NCBI GenBank assembly: GCA_965235115.1
Contig: OZ249447.1
Coordinates: forward strand, 9,858,001-9,922,000
Direction of reading: 5' to 3'
Origin: Laetmonice hystrix
Lineage: Eukaryota
DNA: 64,000 nt
The notes under the pieces are model-generated. The model ran no database searches, had not been told where the DNA came from, and saw only the letters and a program-made list of their open reading frames with translations. Below are positions 60,656-64,000 of this stretch, piece after piece (position 1 is the stretch's first letter; each line of letters opens with the position of its first letter). Position numbers and translations under genes: made by a program.

Positions 60656-62343
60656 CCATTCGGTCCGGATTCCATCTGGTTAGAGATCCTCATCCTAGGC
60701 GCGAGGTATTATCTCGACAAGGATGCTGAAGCTACCACTGTCTGTATCATATAGTGCATCACTGTGCAGCACTCTCAGCGTGGGTTTTACTGGCTCAACT
60801 CGACGACTGACGTCACATTGACTTCATAAAGAACATAAAATTATTTTCTTGATTAGTTGCCAACAGATTTCGGATAGAGCGCCCGATCTTGGCACGAGTA
60901 CAATGGCTTTTTAACATTTTTTATTTGTTTATCTATTTACGTCACATTGTTTATTATCCAGGAGGTATGTACGTGTACGTGTTTATGAATTATGTATCTT
61001 GAACTGTTGCCAACCTGACAACTTATTCACCAGTTCGTGACAAGACCTCCTCGGTAACGATGTTGATAAATATGAGCCTGTATGAAACTTGACATTATCT
61101 TTTGATCAATACGCAACTTCTACACAATGCAACAATCCTTATGGAAACACGAAATTAACCCAATCGCTTCCTACGAGTTCATACTTCCTTCATTTTCTTT
61201 GTCAGGTAATATCCTGCCAGGCGGAATGAAACAGGATTTATCAATAGTGATTACAAAAATGGAAAAAGGAAAATTTATTTATGATTCAAACACCACAGGG
61301 AGAAACAAAAGAGTGGCAAATTAACTTTGGATGAACAGAGACGGAGCCAGAGGGGTGACCCGTGCGACCCCTTAATGTGACCCCCGGAGCAGGGATCAGG
61401 CGTAGTCTTCACGACTCGTACAACCATCAACCCCCTCCCCAGGCCCCCTCCCAAAACAAACCCCCGGCCTTTACCCCTCCCTCCCCTCCCTACGCCCCCT
61501 CCCAAAACAAACCTCAGGCCTGCCTCGCTTCCCTCCCCTCCCTCCTCCGATAGTCTGCTCCACGCTCACCTCAATCCCTGAGGACCCCGTGGCCACACCT
61601 TTACCCTGTTCCTAAGACCCCCTGGCTAGACTCACTAATGAGTCCATTAGAGCGCAGAGACACCCCACCAAGTGGCCATCTCCGTGACAGTAATCAGCCC
61701 CCACTCGCGCCCCCTGGCGGGCAGGAAGGAAAGAAATCAAAACACCATATTAAAACCCCACAGTTCTATTCCCAATTTTCACACTCAATCATATCAGAGG
61801 TCTGGTTATAACTCCAACCAGGAATCTTAGGATCCGGTATTATTGGCCGTGATAAAACAGGAACGACATCGATTGGAAACTATTGAATGCTCGTTTATCA
61901 GGACCACGACCAGCGACTGATGCCAAGTACCTGCGCCGTGTTCAATCACCCACGACAACCGAATGGATCAGGATAAAAATACTCTGTTTCCAATCTGCCG
62001 CACGACAGTTTCTGCTGCTGGCGGCTCCACGGTGAGGACCCCCTCCATCACTGAGCTTCCCAGACGTTACACACATATCAACATCCCAGTCACTCAACCC
62101 TTTTTCCACCATGTTCTTTCTCCATTATCGTGGCTGTTCCTAATGGCGTGGAACATAAAAAAGAAGAACAAATCTTAAGCACTGGAGATCAAGCGCAAAG
62201 ACCTAATCTATTCAGTCGCTGTCACAATTGGTGGCCATTTGGCGCAGGTAACAAAGGACCTAAAGTAGAGTTTTTGTCGGTTTAATGACCCTATGGCACG
62301 CCATATATACCTTCATTATGTAACCATGAATGGCACAGTCACC

Positions 62344-62520
62344 ATGGAAACATCTCCACGAGATTTGGCGGGAAGAACTAGGCCTAACAATCTATCATTA
62401 TACAACTACAAACCTAACCTTAACCCCTAACCTTGGTCCCCCACCATCCCAACGAAACGTAACCTTATCCCTAACCATGACTATATACCCTATACCCTAA
62501 TCTAGTGGGAATGTTTCCAT
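62344..62520 (-). mobile_element. 177-bp small TIR element (MITE-like) with telomere-like (TAACCC/TTAGGG-variant) interior
   Basis: TIRs atggaaacatctccac (62344-62359) and gtgggaatgtttccat (62505-62520), 14/16 match; interior aacctaaccttaacccctaacc...ccctaacc...ccctaat. Confidence 0.75.
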
Positions 62521-63134
62521 AGATGAATGATTGTATCGAACTCTTGGCAGCTTGGCATCGAAAGAATCGGAATCGTTGTAAGAGCTCGCGTGTATGAAGT
62601 TGATGTCAGAGTGGGGAGTAACCCCAGATTAATCACACATAGGATCATTCCATCTCGCTGGAACTGATTTTATTTTTTGTTATCCTAATCCTCGCTGTAG
62701 AATTCTCCTCAGACGCTGCCAGTCATCGCATTACGACATCTCCTGTGAACATTCAATCTTTTAAATTTCAGACGCTCTCTATAGCTTCCCTACCACAGGG
62801 TGTTATAACACAGTTTGTATATAAGATCCCCGTTAGAAGCAGAAGTTGTTTTTTGTATTTGTCTTGTACAAGTAGCTATTCCATCAGGTACCTGATAGAT
62901 TGCCTGTGCCACCTAAACCACTCACTATATCGATTAACACGGCCAGTGAATACAGGAATTGTCCCTGGCACGGCCACTCCACTCCATTAAAGGGTCATTA
63001 ATTAGACAGGACAACTTTCCTCTCATGTGCTCGCGCTAATTTGTCAGGAAATTCTCAATTTTGTACCGACATGTGGATCAAAGTCAAAGATGTGGTCTGT
63101 GTGAATGTTGCCGACCTGTGGGCCGACAGATGTT

Positions 63135-64000
63135 ATAACGGGCCACAGACGGTGACTACACACACAGATGTTATAACGGTAACAGTCAGACCACAGACGG
63201 TGACTACACACACAGATGTTATAACGGTAACAGTCAGACCACAGACGGTGACTACACACACAGATGTTATAACGGTAACAGTCAGACCACAGACGGTGAC
63301 TACACACACAGATGTTATAACGGTAACAGTCAGACCACAGACGGTGACTACACACACAGATGTTATAACGGTAACAGTCAGACCACAGACGGTGACTACA
63401 CACAGATGTTATAACGGTAACAGTCAGACCACAGACGGTGACTACACACACAGATGTTATAACGGTAACAGTCAGACCACAGACGGTGACTACACACACA
63501 CAGATGTTATAACGGTAACAGTCAGACCACAGACGGTGACTACACACACAGATGTTATAACGGTAACAGTCAGACCACAGACGGTGACTACACACACAGA
63601 TGTTATAACGGTGACAGTCAGACCACAGACGGTGACTACACACACAGATGTTATAACGGTAACAGTCAGACCACAGACGGTGACTACACACACAGATGTT
63701 ATAACGGTAACAGTCAGACCACAGACGGTGACTACACACACAGATGTTATAACGGTAACAGTCAGACCACAGACGGTGACTACACACACACAGATGTTAT
63801 AACGGTAACAGTCAGACCACAGACGGTGACTACACACACAGATGTTATAACGGTAACAGTCAGACCACAGACGGTGACTACACACACAGATGTTATAACG
63901 GTAACAGTCAGACCACAGACGGTGACTACACACACACATGTTATAACGGTAACAGTCAGACCACAGACGGTGACTACACACACACAGATGTTATAACGGT
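63135..64000. repeat. 48-bp minisatellite, at least 18 copies, runs off window end
   Basis: cacagacggtgactacacacacagatgttataacggtaacagtcagac, with CA-tract length variants. Confidence 0.96.

Noticed and set aside
63041-63983. ORFs of 163-253 aa
   Set aside because: Artefact of the 48-bp array.

Overview
This is eukaryotic (metazoan, probably marine invertebrate) genomic DNA, not prokaryotic. I found no CRISPR array, rRNA or tRNA gene. The only protein-coding gene I can support is a minus-strand plexin (semaphorin receptor, most likely class B-like). I reconstructed 17 coding exons by hand from 12999 down to 57. All junctions are GT-AG and all phases are compatible, giving 3615 nt / 1205 codons: signal peptide, Sema domain, 3 PSI domains and IPT/TIG domains. 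The gene runs off the left edge before the TM and cytoplasmic GAP region. The ~51 kb upstream of the first coding exon (13.1-64 kb) has no recognisable coding exon. It holds candidate 5'-UTR exons, small foldback/MITE elements and many unrelated minisatellites; about 20 tandem arrays across the window total roughly 12 kb. Nearly all long ORFs in the supplied track above 13 kb are artefacts of stop-free repeat units. The most striking observation is a 93-bp x19 array in plexin intron 13 that copies the 3' splice site plus the first 11 codons of exon 14. Each repeat junction creates a new GTCAGT donor, so each extra unit looks like an in-frame 30-nt microexon, or a poison acceptor with an in-frame stop. 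Other notable points: two more repeats at plexin acceptors, a TTAGGG-like MITE family that appears to seed minisatellites from its own TIR, and a TA-flanked mariner-like footprint amplified inside a minisatellite. Coordinates were counted manually; repeat boundaries may be off by a few bases.
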